A stretch of DNA of 64,000 bases from Gemmatimonadota bacterium. Lineage in GTDB: Bacteria > Gemmatimonadota > Gemmatimonadetes > Longimicrobiales > Gaopeijiaceae. Under the pieces are notes generated by a model. It was not told the DNA's origin, ran no database searches, and saw nothing but the letters and a program-made list of their open reading frames with translations. Position 1 is the first letter of the stretch; each line of letters opens with the position of its first letter. The stretch spans positions 147,125 through 211,124 of the forward strand of contig JBDHHQ010000013.1 in NCBI GenBank assembly GCA_039589315.1, given 5' to 3'. Positions 17,922 through 27,928 of this stretch are shown piece after piece. The position numbers and the translations under genes are program-made.

Positions 17922-19165
17922 CTACCCACGGGCCGGATCCGCCGCCGCCAGTCCTCCGCGAGCCGTTCATGGTATTCGGGCGCGACCTCGGGGAGGGCGT
18001 AGCGCTGGAGCGAGTCCGCGGGGAGCGCCCTGGGGTCCTGCTCGAGAGCCTGGAAGCGGCGGCGCCATGGCTCGGGGAGGCGGGCCGGGTCCAACACCGT
18101 TCCGTCGCCCCAGACCCCCGGCTCGGCCTTCTCGAGCTGCGCCTCGGGCGACAAGAGGAAGTCGGCCACCACCATGGCGCCCTGGGGATTGGGGGCGTTG
18201 AAGGGAATCCCCAAGTAGTGGGCATTGGCGATCGTACCCTCCCTGAGCAGCAGTGGGCGCGCCGTCTCCGGAAACAGCCCTTGCCGGACCTTCGTGGTCA
18301 CCTCGTTGTGGTTGTTGGACATCGTGAAATCCACCTCGCCGTTCGCGAACAGGCGGTGCAGCTCGGCCACGCCACCCGGGTAGGCCCTTCCCCCGCGCCA
18401 GAAGCTGTCCCGGCGGGCCTCGAGCCACTCCAGGGTACGGTCCCGTCCCCGCAGGTACGCCACGTCGTCGAAGCCGCCCTCGAACGCCTCGACACCCCCG
18501 GACAGCGCGTACATGAGGATCTTGAGAAACGTGACGCCGGTGAACGACTGGTCGTGGCTGAAGCGCCCCGGGTGCTCGTCGATCCACTGCGCCAGCTCCG
18601 CCACCGTGCCAGGAGGATCCGGCGTGCGCGCCTCGTCGTAGATCAGCGCGAACTGGACGCGTCCCCACGGTGACTCGAATCCCTCGGGATCCTGCTCGAA
18701 GTCGCGCATGACGATGGCGGAGGCGCTGTCCACATAGGCCGCCGCCGGAATCCTCTCAGCCCACGGACCCCACAGCAGCCCCTCCTGACGGAGATTGTGG
18801 AAGGTCTCTCCGTTGATCCACACCAGATCGGCCCGGCCACGCGCCCCCGCCTCCCGCTCGACCACCAGTTGATTCACCACCTCGGGGCCCCGCCCGTCCA
18901 CGACCCTCAGTCTCAGGTCGTAACGCTCCTCGAGCCTCGGCGCCACCCAGTTCTCCACGTAGGTGTTGATGGCGGGGTCGCCCCGCCACATCCGCCATGT
19001 CACCTCGCTTCCGCGGGCAGCGGCGACGATCTCGGGCCAGGGCAGCGACGCCACCTCTCCGGGGGCGGGCGGAGTGTCGTCGCGGCAAGCCGTGAGGGTC
19101 GTCAGCGCCGCGATCAGCAGAAGCACCCGAGCGCAGATCCCGTTGGCGCCGTCAGGCTGTCGCAT
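17918..19165 (-). CDS. ABC transporter substrate-binding lipoprotein, YnjB-like
   Basis: Lipobox LTAC; DLVWINGETF, ESPWGRVQF, FTGVTFLK, GTIANAHYLGIPFNA, DFLLSPEAQ, WGDGTVLD are YnjB-family-like motifs (alternative start 19315). Confidence 0.85.
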   Translation of the reverse strand: MRQPDGANGICARVLLLIAALTTLTACRDDTPPAPGEVASLPWPEIVAAARGSEVTWRMWRGDPAINTYVENWVAPRLEERYDLRLRVVDGRGPEVVNQLVVEREAGARGRADLVWINGETFHNLRQEGLLWGPWAERIPAAAYVDSASAIVMRDFEQDPEGFESPWGRVQFALIYDEARTPDPPGTVAELAQWIDEHPGRFSHDQSFTGVTFLKILMYALSGGVEAFEGGFDDVAYLRGRDRTLEWLEARRDSFWRGGRAYPGGVAELHRLFANGEVDFTMSNNHNEVTTKVRQGLFPETARPLLLREGTIANAHYLGIPFNAPNPQGAMVVADFLLSPEAQLEKAEPGVWGDGTVLDPARLPEPWRRRFQALEQDPRALPADSLQRYALPEVAPEYHERLAEDWRRRIRPVGR

Positions 19166-19331
19166 GGCCCGTCGATTGGGGTGGCCGGCCCGGCCCGAGG
19201 CGGAGAAGGCAGGAAGGTCCCTCCATCGCCCGAGGCCGGGGGGGGCAGGGCCGGCCCACGCTACTGCCGCGAGGGTGCGGTGGGCGGATCCACTGGTCCC
19301 CTCGAGCCTGGTCATCGCCCGCGGGGGGCGT

Positions 19332-22166
19332 TCAGAACGCGTACCGCACCGAAAGCTGGACCTGACGCGGAGGCGCCGCTGTCGTGTAGGCGATGGGGTC
19401 ACCGGGCCGCCCGACCTGGGTCCTGGGCCCACCTCCGGGTATCCCGTTGGCGAAGCCCGTGTAGTTGGTCGCATCGAAGACGTTGAAGACGTCCGCTCGG
19501 AGCTCGAGCAGTGTCTCCCCGAGAAAGAGACGATAGGCCCCGGTGAGGTTGAGGAGAAAGGCCTGGGGAAGGCGCTCCTCGTTACGCGCCACGCCCGAGA
19601 ACCGATCGTGGTTGCCCACGAAGCCGTTGCCGAAGATCGGACCCGATCCGTCCAGATCCCGGAAATGGGCGACCCGGTTGATTGGCGTCCCGGTCTGGAA
19701 GTCGGCAATGCCACCCAGTGTGACGTTGGGGGTCGGGCTCCAGAGCCCACGAACGGTCACATGGTGTCGGCGGTCGTTGATGGCGTGGGCCCACTCGTCG
19801 TCGAACTCGTTGCCTTCGAAGGCCTGGAAGTTGATGTCCTCCGTATCGGTCTTCGTGCTGGACAAGATCCAGTTCGCCTCGAGCGTCACCTCGTCGGCCA
19901 CCCGGCCTCGCGCCATGACGTAGAGCCCCAGGTACCGGGCCCGGCCGCCGGAATCGGTGGTCGTCAGGCGCCGGAAGCCGCCCGGCTCGGGGGTGACGGG
20001 TCGGTACTGGTCCCCGAACTCGGCTGGGCGATCCACGGTGTCGGCCGGCGTGAGCCGACGCTGGATGGCGTTAAGGTCCAATGAGCGTGGGAGGTTCCAG
20101 GTTTCGGACCAGACGCCATCCACCGCCACGGCCCATGTGTCGCCGAGCTGTCGCTGGAAGCCCGCGGTGGCCTGGCTCGACATGGGCTGCTCGAGGCCGT
20201 TGGCGAACATGACGCGCATCTCCCGAGGCGGAAGCTCGTCTTGCAGGCCTTCGAGATCCTCGGCCGTCGGCCCCTGCAGGAAGGGTGGCGGCGGGAAGAC
20301 CTTTCCCTCGAAGGTCACCACCGCATTCCCGTCTGGGCCGAACTGGACCGCGTCGGAGTACACGGCGTACGGGAACTTCCCCGCGTAGAGTCCCCATCCT
20401 CCCCTCAGCACCGTGTTCGGGGTGGCGTACCAGTTGGCCGAGACCCTGGGCTGGAAGTTGTCGAGGTCGGGGCGGCTCTGGCCTCGGGACGTGATGTCGT
20501 CGTAGTCCCACCGGACGCCGCCCTGGATCGTCAGAGACGGAGACACCCGCCAGACGTCCTCCACGAACGCGCCCACCAACGTCTGGGTCAGGTCTACCTG
20601 CTGGGGGTTCGCATCGATGGTGTAGCTCGACACCCGGACGTCCACGGGGATGTCGGTGATCGACAGGAATTCGCCCGACGCTTCGATGTTGCCCTCGTTC
20701 ACCACCGTGTAGGCCCCCGTGGGGTTGGTGGACGACCCTGTGAGCTCGAACCCCGAGGACACGACGTCGGCACCCAGCCGGAGCGTGTGATCCCGACCGA
20801 TGCGACTCTCCAGCACGTCCTTGAGCTGTAGCTGCACCTCGGTCTCGTCGAAGATGAAGTTGCTCGATCCCACCACCGCCTCCACCGTCGTCTCGTCCTG
20901 CGCCACGACGGTGGTCTGCGGCGTCTGGAAGTCGCTGGCCGACGGTGGAAAGAACCAGCGGAAGGTGCCCAGCTGCACCGACAGCTCGTTGCCTGCCCTC
21001 CCGGCACGGAAGGCGGATCGGTGGGTGAGGCTGGTCAGGCTGCCGATCCGCCGGGTGGTGATGTCGGCCTCCGGCACCACCACGCCCGACCCCTGACCCT
21101 CGCGGCTCACGTCACTCAGAGCGAAGCGAAGCGTGGTGGCCTGGGACTCGCTCCAGATCTGGTCCACGCGCAGGAATGCCTTCCAGGTCCGACGCAGCTC
21201 CGTCCCCAGGAACTGGGTGCGGGCCGTTGACCCGATCCGATCCTCCTTCTCGTCGCCGAATTCCAGCGCCGCGAACAGGTAGGTGCGATCCCTGACCAAG
21301 GGCCCACTGATGGCACCGCCCAGCTGCGTTCGCTCGAAGCCCTCGGGATCGGTCCCGGCCGGTGCGAACTCGGGCTCCGAGTCCAGCGGAATGCCGGGAC
21401 GGCGGAATAGGAATGCCTCGCCCGACCACCGCTCTCCCCCCGCGAGCGTCTCCACGTTCACGACGCCGTTGGAGCTGCGTCCGTAGGCCGGGCGATACGA
21501 GTTGGCCATGAGTGCGAGGCGTCGCATCCCGGCCAGTGGGATGTCCACGCGCGGCCCACCGAGGAACCCTTCGTTGTTGTCCAGACCGTCGACCAGGTAC
21601 TGGGTGTAGAGAGAGTTGGCCCCGTTCACGGTCAGGACCGGGGCGTCTCCGAAGAATCCGGTGGACTGGGAGACACCGGGGAGGTTGTAGGCCAGCGCCC
21701 ACGGGTTCCGTGAATCCGTGGGAAGCCCCGCCAGCTCCGTCTCTTCCAGTGTACCGCCCGTCGCGGCGTCCTCGGTGTTCAGCAGTGGCCGCTCCCGACG
21801 GCCCGTCACCGTCACCGCATCCAGCGTGTAGAGCTTCGCCAGCGTGACCGCCATCTCCTGTCGCTGACCGGCAACCTGAGGCGGCACGGCAGCCTCCTCG
21901 GGGAGGAACCCCGGCGCGCTGAAGGTGACGACACCGCCTTCCCCGGCGGGAACCACCAACACGAACCGGCCGGAGCCGTCGGTGATCGTCTCGTGGGCGC
22001 CCGGATCGAACGCGACGCGCACACCTTCGAGCGCGATTCCGACCTGGGTGCGCACTAGACCGACCAGCTGGGCGCGGTCCTGTGCCTGCAACACCGCAGG
22101 CCATGACAGGGCCATTCCTACCGACAGGGCAGCGACGACTCGGCGGCGTGACATCGGGGTCGGCAT
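19332..22166 (-). CDS. TonB-dependent receptor with N-terminal carboxypeptidase-regulatory-like domain
   Basis: Signal peptide, plug YLVDGLDNN/AYGRSSNGVVN, barrel motifs GVRWDY and NFQPR, C-terminal PRQVQLSVRYAF. Confidence 0.92.
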   Translation of the reverse strand: MPTPMSRRRVVAALSVGMALSWPAVLQAQDRAQLVGLVRTQVGIALEGVRVAFDPGAHETITDGSGRFVLVVPAGEGGVVTFSAPGFLPEEAAVPPQVAGQRQEMAVTLAKLYTLDAVTVTGRRERPLLNTEDAATGGTLEETELAGLPTDSRNPWALAYNLPGVSQSTGFFGDAPVLTVNGANSLYTQYLVDGLDNNEGFLGGPRVDIPLAGMRRLALMANSYRPAYGRSSNGVVNVETLAGGERWSGEAFLFRRPGIPLDSEPEFAPAGTDPEGFERTQLGGAISGPLVRDRTYLFAALEFGDEKEDRIGSTARTQFLGTELRRTWKAFLRVDQIWSESQATTLRFALSDVSREGQGSGVVVPEADITTRRIGSLTSLTHRSAFRAGRAGNELSVQLGTFRWFFPPSASDFQTPQTTVVAQDETTVEAVVGSSNFIFDETEVQLQLKDVLESRIGRDHTLRLGADVVSSGFELTGSSTNPTGAYTVVNEGNIEASGEFLSITDIPVDVRVSSYTIDANPQQVDLTQTLVGAFVEDVWRVSPSLTIQGGVRWDYDDITSRGQSRPDLDNFQPRVSANWYATPNTVLRGGWGLYAGKFPYAVYSDAVQFGPDGNAVVTFEGKVFPPPPFLQGPTAEDLEGLQDELPPREMRVMFANGLEQPMSSQATAGFQRQLGDTWAVAVDGVWSETWNLPRSLDLNAIQRRLTPADTVDRPAEFGDQYRPVTPEPGGFRRLTTTDSGGRARYLGLYVMARGRVADEVTLEANWILSSTKTDTEDINFQAFEGNEFDDEWAHAINDRRHHVTVRGLWSPTPNVTLGGIADFQTGTPINRVAHFRDLDGSGPIFGNGFVGNHDRFSGVARNEERLPQAFLLNLTGAYRLFLGETLLELRADVFNVFDATNYTGFANGIPGGGPRTQVGRPGDPIAYTTAAPPRQVQLSVRYAF

Positions 22167-22324
22167 GCTCCGGGAGATAGCGGCGGGTCTTCGGCATCAC
22201 AATGCCCGCTCTCGGCCTCCCGGTTCCCGACCGCGCCCGAAGCGAGGGTCGTTGCGACGCCTGGCGCGGTTGAGGATGTTCGAGCCATGTCACGGACTCC
22301 TTCGACCGTGGGACGGCAGCGGCG

Positions 22325-23626
22325 ATGACGGCCCTGGCTGGCCTTGACGTGGGCACGACCGCGGTGAAAGCCGCCGTGTTCGACGGGGACGGGCGCGTGC
22401 TGCGATCGGCACGGCGGCTACTTCCCCGCCTCGAGATCCGTGGGCCGCGGGCGTGGCAAGACCTCGATGGGGTCATCGCGGCCGTGGAGGCGGCTCTCGA
22501 GGACGTCCGCCGCCAGGGACCGATCGATCGCGTGTGCCTGGCGACCCAGCGCGACACGGTCGTTCTGGTCGACGATGCCGGCGCTGCGCTCACCCCGCTG
22601 GTGTCGTGGCGCGACCGGCGTGATCTGGTCCACGGCTCCCTCTGGGACGCTTTTGCCGAAGAGGGAGACGTGCTTCGCGGGGCGGGGAGCGTCCGCTCTC
22701 TCGCCTCCCACCTGACCTCGCGGTGGGTCGGGCGGGCGGTAGAGGCAGCGGGCACTGTGCCTCGCCACCTGTGGGGATCGGCGCTCGATCGAGTTCGGGC
22801 CGTCGGACCGCTTGCCCTGGCGCACCCCGAAGTGGTTCCCGTGGGAAGCGCGGTGGGTGCGGTGACCGGCTCGGTGCTGCACGTGTGCGGTGGCGACAAG
22901 AACTGCGAGCTACTGGGAAGCGGGGTGACGTCGGCCGGAAAGGGGGCGCTCTCCCTGGGATCCGCCATCGGCCTGGGAATGCTGGCTGATGGTTCGACGG
23001 ACCCACCGGCCGGCGTGGTGCTCACCCACGCTTCGATTCCTGGGCGCTGGAACGTGGAGACCGGCCTGGCCGGCGGCCTGGAGGGTGAGCGGTTCCTACG
23101 GGACCTGGCTCCTGTGCTCCCACCGCTCGCAAGTCAATTCGTCCTTGCGGGGATGATCGCCCCGTACTTCGCTGGGGCCCTCGACGCACCTGAGGCACTC
23201 CCGCTCTGCGACGGTATCGGCGACTCGACCCCTCCCGAAGTCGTGCACCAGGCCTGGACTCAGGGGGTGCTGTGCGAGCTGCGCCGTCTTCGCCCAGCGC
23301 TCGAGACCGCGGCCGGGAGCCCACTCGAGGACCTCGTCGTCACAGGCGGGCGGGCGGCGGACGCCGCCTGGGTTCAGTTGGCAGCCGACGCGCTGCAGCT
23401 CCCCACCCGACCGCTGGCGGATCCATGGGCGGGCGCCCGTGGCGCCGTCGCGGCCGCCCTGACGGCGGAACCCCCAGAGCGGTCGGAAGCATTCCTTCGA
23501 CGTGGGGCCGCGCTGGCCGAACCCTGTCGTCCCGACCCCCGACGTGCCGATGATGTGGCCCGCTACTACGATCGGTGGATGGCCCTGAGCGACGTAGCCC
23601 GCAGTCGGAGCGGACAGCACCCATGA
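22325..23626 (+). CDS. FGGY-family carbohydrate kinase (divergent)
   Basis: GLDVGTTAVKA phosphate-1 motif, ATQRDT, SWRDRR, GGD, VTGG. Confidence 0.85.
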   Translation: MTALAGLDVGTTAVKAAVFDGDGRVLRSARRLLPRLEIRGPRAWQDLDGVIAAVEAALEDVRRQGPIDRVCLATQRDTVVLVDDAGAALTPLVSWRDRRDLVHGSLWDAFAEEGDVLRGAGSVRSLASHLTSRWVGRAVEAAGTVPRHLWGSALDRVRAVGPLALAHPEVVPVGSAVGAVTGSVLHVCGGDKNCELLGSGVTSAGKGALSLGSAIGLGMLADGSTDPPAGVVLTHASIPGRWNVETGLAGGLEGERFLRDLAPVLPPLASQFVLAGMIAPYFAGALDAPEALPLCDGIGDSTPPEVVHQAWTQGVLCELRRLRPALETAAGSPLEDLVVTGGRAADAAWVQLAADALQLPTRPLADPWAGARGAVAAALTAEPPERSEAFLRRGAALAEPCRPDPRRADDVARYYDRWMALSDVARSRSGQHP

Positions 23627-24504
23627 AGCCGGTTCAGATCACGCGTCGCCCCCATGATCCCCTCGACGATCCGCCGGGCGCCCCACGACTACCCGAGATC
23701 CTGTTGTACCCGGGCAACCGCTGCAATCGGGATTGTCACTTCTGTTGCGTCGACGGGAGCCCCGGCGGCTCCTTCGCTCCGTTCGCCCTGGACGCGCCGG
23801 AGCGGCTCGTGCAGTTGATACAGCCGGGAGCTCGAATCAAGCTCTACGGCGGAGAGCCCACCCTGCATCACCGGTACTTCACCGGCTTCATCCGCGACCT
23901 TCGGCGCCTGGGATATGTCGGGCGCCTGACGGTGTTCAGCAACGGCGTCCAGTCGCAGCGGCTCATTCATATGTTGGAGGCCGACCCACCCGCCGATCAC
24001 CACCGCGGCACCGACGCGTACCTGAACCACTACGTCTGGCATGGAGACGGCGTCGAGCCGATACCACCCGGTCGTCGGGCCGAGCTGCAAGCCTGGGGCA
24101 CCGCCAACCCCGGCCGGCTCTGGCTGGGGCACGAGGACGTGCTCCAGGTGGGAGGCGCGGCCCGTCACACGTCCGACGACGTCGCTGGTCGGCCCGACTT
24201 TCGAGGGCGGTGCGCTCGTTGTCACCCCACCATGAAGAGCGACGGACGGATCCACGCGTGCGCCTTCGCGGTTGAGGTGGAGGCGGCCCAGTACGATCTC
24301 GGTACGATCGCGCAGTCGCCCTGGCAGCTGCGAGCCCGTCGCCAGCGCTTCCTCAGGTGGGTCGACGAGGTCTTGGAGCCTGCGGCCGCGGACCGCGAAG
24401 AGCACCCGTGCGTAACCTGCCTCCGGTGGGCGCGGGCGGAGACCGAAGGCGGGACCGCACGAACGCTCCCGGTGCTCCGACCGGAGCTGGTGCCAGCTCC
24501 TTAG
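23623..24504 (+). CDS. Radical SAM enzyme with Cys-rich (twitch/SPASM-like) C-terminus
   Basis: CNRDCHFC (CxxxCxxC), GGEP, FSNG; C-terminal CARC...DGRIHAC...CVTC; ATGA overlap with the kinase. Confidence 0.88.
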   Translation: MKPVQITRRPHDPLDDPPGAPRLPEILLYPGNRCNRDCHFCCVDGSPGGSFAPFALDAPERLVQLIQPGARIKLYGGEPTLHHRYFTGFIRDLRRLGYVGRLTVFSNGVQSQRLIHMLEADPPADHHRGTDAYLNHYVWHGDGVEPIPPGRRAELQAWGTANPGRLWLGHEDVLQVGGAARHTSDDVAGRPDFRGRCARCHPTMKSDGRIHACAFAVEVEAAQYDLGTIAQSPWQLRARRQRFLRWVDEVLEPAAADREEHPCVTCLRWARAETEGGTARTLPVLRPELVPAP

Positions 24505-24607
24505 ACGGCGCGTCGGACCCACGTGTGCCGAGGCCCTGACCCTCGCCGCCTCGCCGCGCTGGTTGGGGGCCTACCACTCCCGCGAGCTGCCGCGTCGCGA
24601 GGCTACA

Positions 24608-25219
24608 CTAGAGGTAGCGTACCGCCCAGACAATCCTCTGGAGCGTGCTCAGCCCCACGAGGAGGGCCAGCACCGTGAACAACGGGATCAGCCGGTCCGG
24701 AAAGAGCAGGAACAGGCCGTAGAACACCATGGTCTCGGTACCTCCGACGATCCCGGCCGGCATGGAGACGGTTGTCTGCTCGGCCCGCTCCCGCGCGCCC
24801 CGGTTCCGCTTCTCCAGGATGGCCGAGAGCACCGTCCAGCTCGCCGCGTTCACGTAGAACGTGGCCAGCATGACGGCCAGGGTCAGGTACAGCAGCTCGG
24901 ACGCGGGCCGGGAGAGCACCAGGCCCAGCGGCACCAGCGCGTACACGAGGAAATCCAACACCAGGTCCAGGTAGCCGCCCAGGTCACTCTGTGTCCCGTG
25001 GACTCGGGCGGTCACGCCATCCAACCCGTCGAGGAACCGGTTCCCCACCCAAGCGAGCAGAGCCCAGCCATAGGCCTGTCGGAGGCACAGGACGAAGACC
25101 GCGCCCCCCAGCATCAGGGCGAGGAGCGTGATGAGGTGGGGATGCACGCCGGGCCCCAGCGCCCTGGCGGCCGGGGCGAGCAGACGGTCCTTGAAACCGC
25201 GCAGAGCGTCGTCCAGCAT
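24608..25219 (-). CDS. CDP-alcohol phosphatidyltransferase, YnjF-like
   Basis: Signature DGLDGVTAR...[13 protein letters not shown] motif; several TM helices. Confidence 0.9.
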   Translation of the reverse strand: MLDDALRGFKDRLLAPAARALGPGVHPHLITLLALMLGGAVFVLCLRQAYGWALLAWVGNRFLDGLDGVTARVHGTQSDLGGYLDLVLDFLVYALVPLGLVLSRPASELLYLTLAVMLATFYVNAASWTVLSAILEKRNRGARERAEQTTVSMPAGIVGGTETMVFYGLFLLFPDRLIPLFTVLALLVGLSTLQRIVWAVRYL

Positions 25220-25349
25220 GCTACGGACCAGCTCCTCCGTTGAGGCACTCCTTTACACTACCGTTTGCGGGCACCCGGCGCATAGGCCGGGGTACGCGCG
25301 ACCGGCAGTCCGGCTGCCGTCCCCGCCGGCAACACCACAGAGGAGCACC

Positions 25350-27032
25350 ATGAGCGATCCGCGCTTCATCTACGTGATGAAAGGGCTCGGCAAGATCGTT
25401 CCGCCGAAGCGGAAGATCCTCGAGAACATCTGGCTTTCCTTCTTCCCGGGCGCGAAGATCGGCGTCGTGGGCGCCAACGGCTCGGGCAAGAGCTCGCTCC
25501 TCCGCATCATGGCAGGCGAGGACACCGACTTCATGGGCGAGGCGTGGGCGGCCAAGGGCACCGGCGTCGGATATCTGCCCCAGGAGCCCCAACTCGACCC
25601 CGAGCTCGATGTCCAGGGGAACGTGGAGCTCGCCGTCCAGGAGACGCGGGACCTTCTCCGGCGCTACGACGAGATCAACGCCGCCTTCGCCGAGCCCATG
25701 TCCGACGGGGAGATGCAGTCGCTCATCGACCGACAGGCCAAGGTCCAGGACGCCATCGACGCCGCGAACGCCTGGGACCTGGATCGCAAGATCGAGATCG
25801 CCATGGACGCGCTCCGGTTGCCGCCGCCGGACGCCGACGTCAGCACGCTCTCCGGCGGCGAGCGGCGGCGGGTCGCGCTCTGCAGGGTGCTGCTCGAGGA
25901 GCCGGACATGCTGCTCCTGGACGAGCCCACGAACCACCTGGACGCCGAATCGGTGGCTTGGCTCGAGCGTCACCTGGCAGAGTTCCCCGGGACCATCGTG
26001 GCCGTGACCCACGACCGCTACTTCCTGGACAACGTGGCCCAGTGGATCCTCGAGCTGGACCGGGGAAAGGGGATCCCCTGGGAGGGCAATTACTCCTCGT
26101 GGCTCGAGCAGAAGGAGACGCGTCTCTCCCGGGAAGAGAAGGAAGGCTCTGCCAGGCGGCGCACCCTCGAGCGCGAGCTCGAGTGGATCCGGATGACGCC
26201 CAAGGGCCGACACGCCAAGGGGAAGGCCCGCATCAACGCCTACGAGGAGCTCCTCGCGCAGGATGAGCGGGAAAAGGTCGGAACAGTGGAGATCCTGATT
26301 CCGGCGGGCCCCCGATTGGGCAGGGACGTCATCGAGTTCGAGCACGTGTCCAAGGGCTACGGAGACGTCCAGCTCATCGACGACCTGTCGTTCACCGTTC
26401 CCACGGCGGCCATCGTGGGCGTGATAGGCGCGAACGGCGCCGGGAAGACCACGCTCTTCCGGATGATCACGGAACAGGAAGGACCCGACAGCGGCACCAT
26501 CCGCCTGGGCTCCACCGTCCAGCTTGCCTACGTGGATCAGAGCCGGGACGCCCTGGACGGTGACAAGACCGTCTGGGAGGAGGTCTCGGGCGGACTCGAC
26601 CAGATCACCCTGGGCAGAGCCGAGGTGAGCTCACGGGCGTACTTGTCGTGGTTCAACTTCCGGGGCACCGATCAGCAGAAGAAGGTCGGCGTGCTGTCCG
26701 GAGGGGAACGGAACCGGGTGCACCTGGCCAAGCTGATCAAGACCGGAGCCAACGTGATCCTCCTGGACGAGCCGTCCAACGACCTGGACGTGGACACGCT
26801 GCGCGCCCTGGAAGACGCGCTGTTGGACTTTGCCGGCTGCGTCCTGGTCGTGTCACATGACCGCTGGTTCCTGGACCGGATCGCCACGCACATCCTTGCC
26901 TTCGAAGGCGAGAGCCAGGTCCGCTGGTTCGAGGGCAACTACCACGAGTACGAAGCCGACCGGCGGCGCCGCTTGGGCGCAGAGGCGGAGCAGCCCCACC
27001 GGATCCGCTACAAGAAGCTGGTGCGGGGCTGA
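25350..27032 (+). CDS. ettA: Energy-dependent translational throttle protein EttA (ABC-F)
   Basis: [20 protein letters not shown], two ABC cassettes, ELEWIR linker, C-terminal [17 protein letters not shown]. Confidence 0.95.
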   Translation: MSDPRFIYVMKGLGKIVPPKRKILENIWLSFFPGAKIGVVGANGSGKSSLLRIMAGEDTDFMGEAWAAKGTGVGYLPQEPQLDPELDVQGNVELAVQETRDLLRRYDEINAAFAEPMSDGEMQSLIDRQAKVQDAIDAANAWDLDRKIEIAMDALRLPPPDADVSTLSGGERRRVALCRVLLEEPDMLLLDEPTNHLDAESVAWLERHLAEFPGTIVAVTHDRYFLDNVAQWILELDRGKGIPWEGNYSSWLEQKETRLSREEKEGSARRRTLERELEWIRMTPKGRHAKGKARINAYEELLAQDEREKVGTVEILIPAGPRLGRDVIEFEHVSKGYGDVQLIDDLSFTVPTAAIVGVIGANGAGKTTLFRMITEQEGPDSGTIRLGSTVQLAYVDQSRDALDGDKTVWEEVSGGLDQITLGRAEVSSRAYLSWFNFRGTDQQKKVGVLSGGERNRVHLAKLIKTGANVILLDEPSNDLDVDTLRALEDALLDFAGCVLVVSHDRWFLDRIATHILAFEGESQVRWFEGNYHEYEADRRRRLGAEAEQPHRIRYKKLVRG

Positions 27033-27203
27033 GGGTCCCTGACTCCGGCCCCGGCGCCGTGACGATGTGGAGCGCCCACGACCCACCGGCACCCGCCCCG
27101 TCCATGGGTCGGGGATGATCCGGGACACCGCCCGCCCGGCGACCGGTCCCCCCACGGAAACCGGCGCCGGGCCCCTCGTGGCGGGAGGGATCGCGCTGGG
27201 CTG

Positions 27204-27644
27204 TTACGCCTGACGACTGAGCAGGTCGCGGATCTCGGTCAGCAGCTTCTCCTCGGCCGACGGCTCGGGCGCGGCCGGCGGCGCCTCCTCGGCTGCTTCC
27301 TCCTCGCGCTTCATCTTGTTGAAGCTCCGGACCACCATGAACACGGCGAACGCCACGATCAGGAACGAGATCAACGCGTTGATGAAGACCCCGTAGTTGA
27401 TGGTGACGGCCCCGGCCTCCTGCGCCGCCGCCAGGGTCGCATACGGCCCAGCGGGGTCGCCGGCGGACAGAGTGATGAACAGGTCGGCGAAGTCTACGCC
27501 CCCCATCATCAGGCCGATGGGAGGCATGATGACGTCGTTCACGAGCGACGAGATGATGGTCCCGAACGCCGCTCCGATGATGATGCCGACGGCCATGTCC
27601 AGCATGTTGCCCTTGACCGCGAACTCCTTGAACTCCTTGAGCAT
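27204..27644 (-). CDS. mscL: Large-conductance mechanosensitive channel MscL
   Basis: [28 protein letters not shown]...LLTEIRDLL. Confidence 0.97.
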   Translation of the reverse strand: MLKEFKEFAVKGNMLDMAVGIIIGAAFGTIISSLVNDVIMPPIGLMMGGVDFADLFITLSAGDPAGPYATLAAAQEAGAVTINYGVFINALISFLIVAFAVFMVVRSFNKMKREEEAAEEAPPAAPEPSAEEKLLTEIRDLLSRQA

Positions 27645-27928
27645 TCCTCCTCCTTCTGACCCGGGATCTGTTCCACGGCCGCCCCACCACCAGACCTCGA
27701 TTGTCCTGACCGGTCTTCCTACCCGCAAGTCACATTGGGGGCCCAGCCTCCGTCATCGCCAGAGCTACCTGGGCGGGAGCGCGCTGCAGCCGCCCGGCCG
27801 GCGGAGTTCGCCGGTGGCCGGCCTCGATTGCCGGGCCTGCAAGGATCCCGGTGCGTGGGTCCCGGGTAGGGCATCTCGGTGACCACGGGGTCACCGCTCG
27901 ATTCTGCAACCTCAACCGGTGGAAGCCA

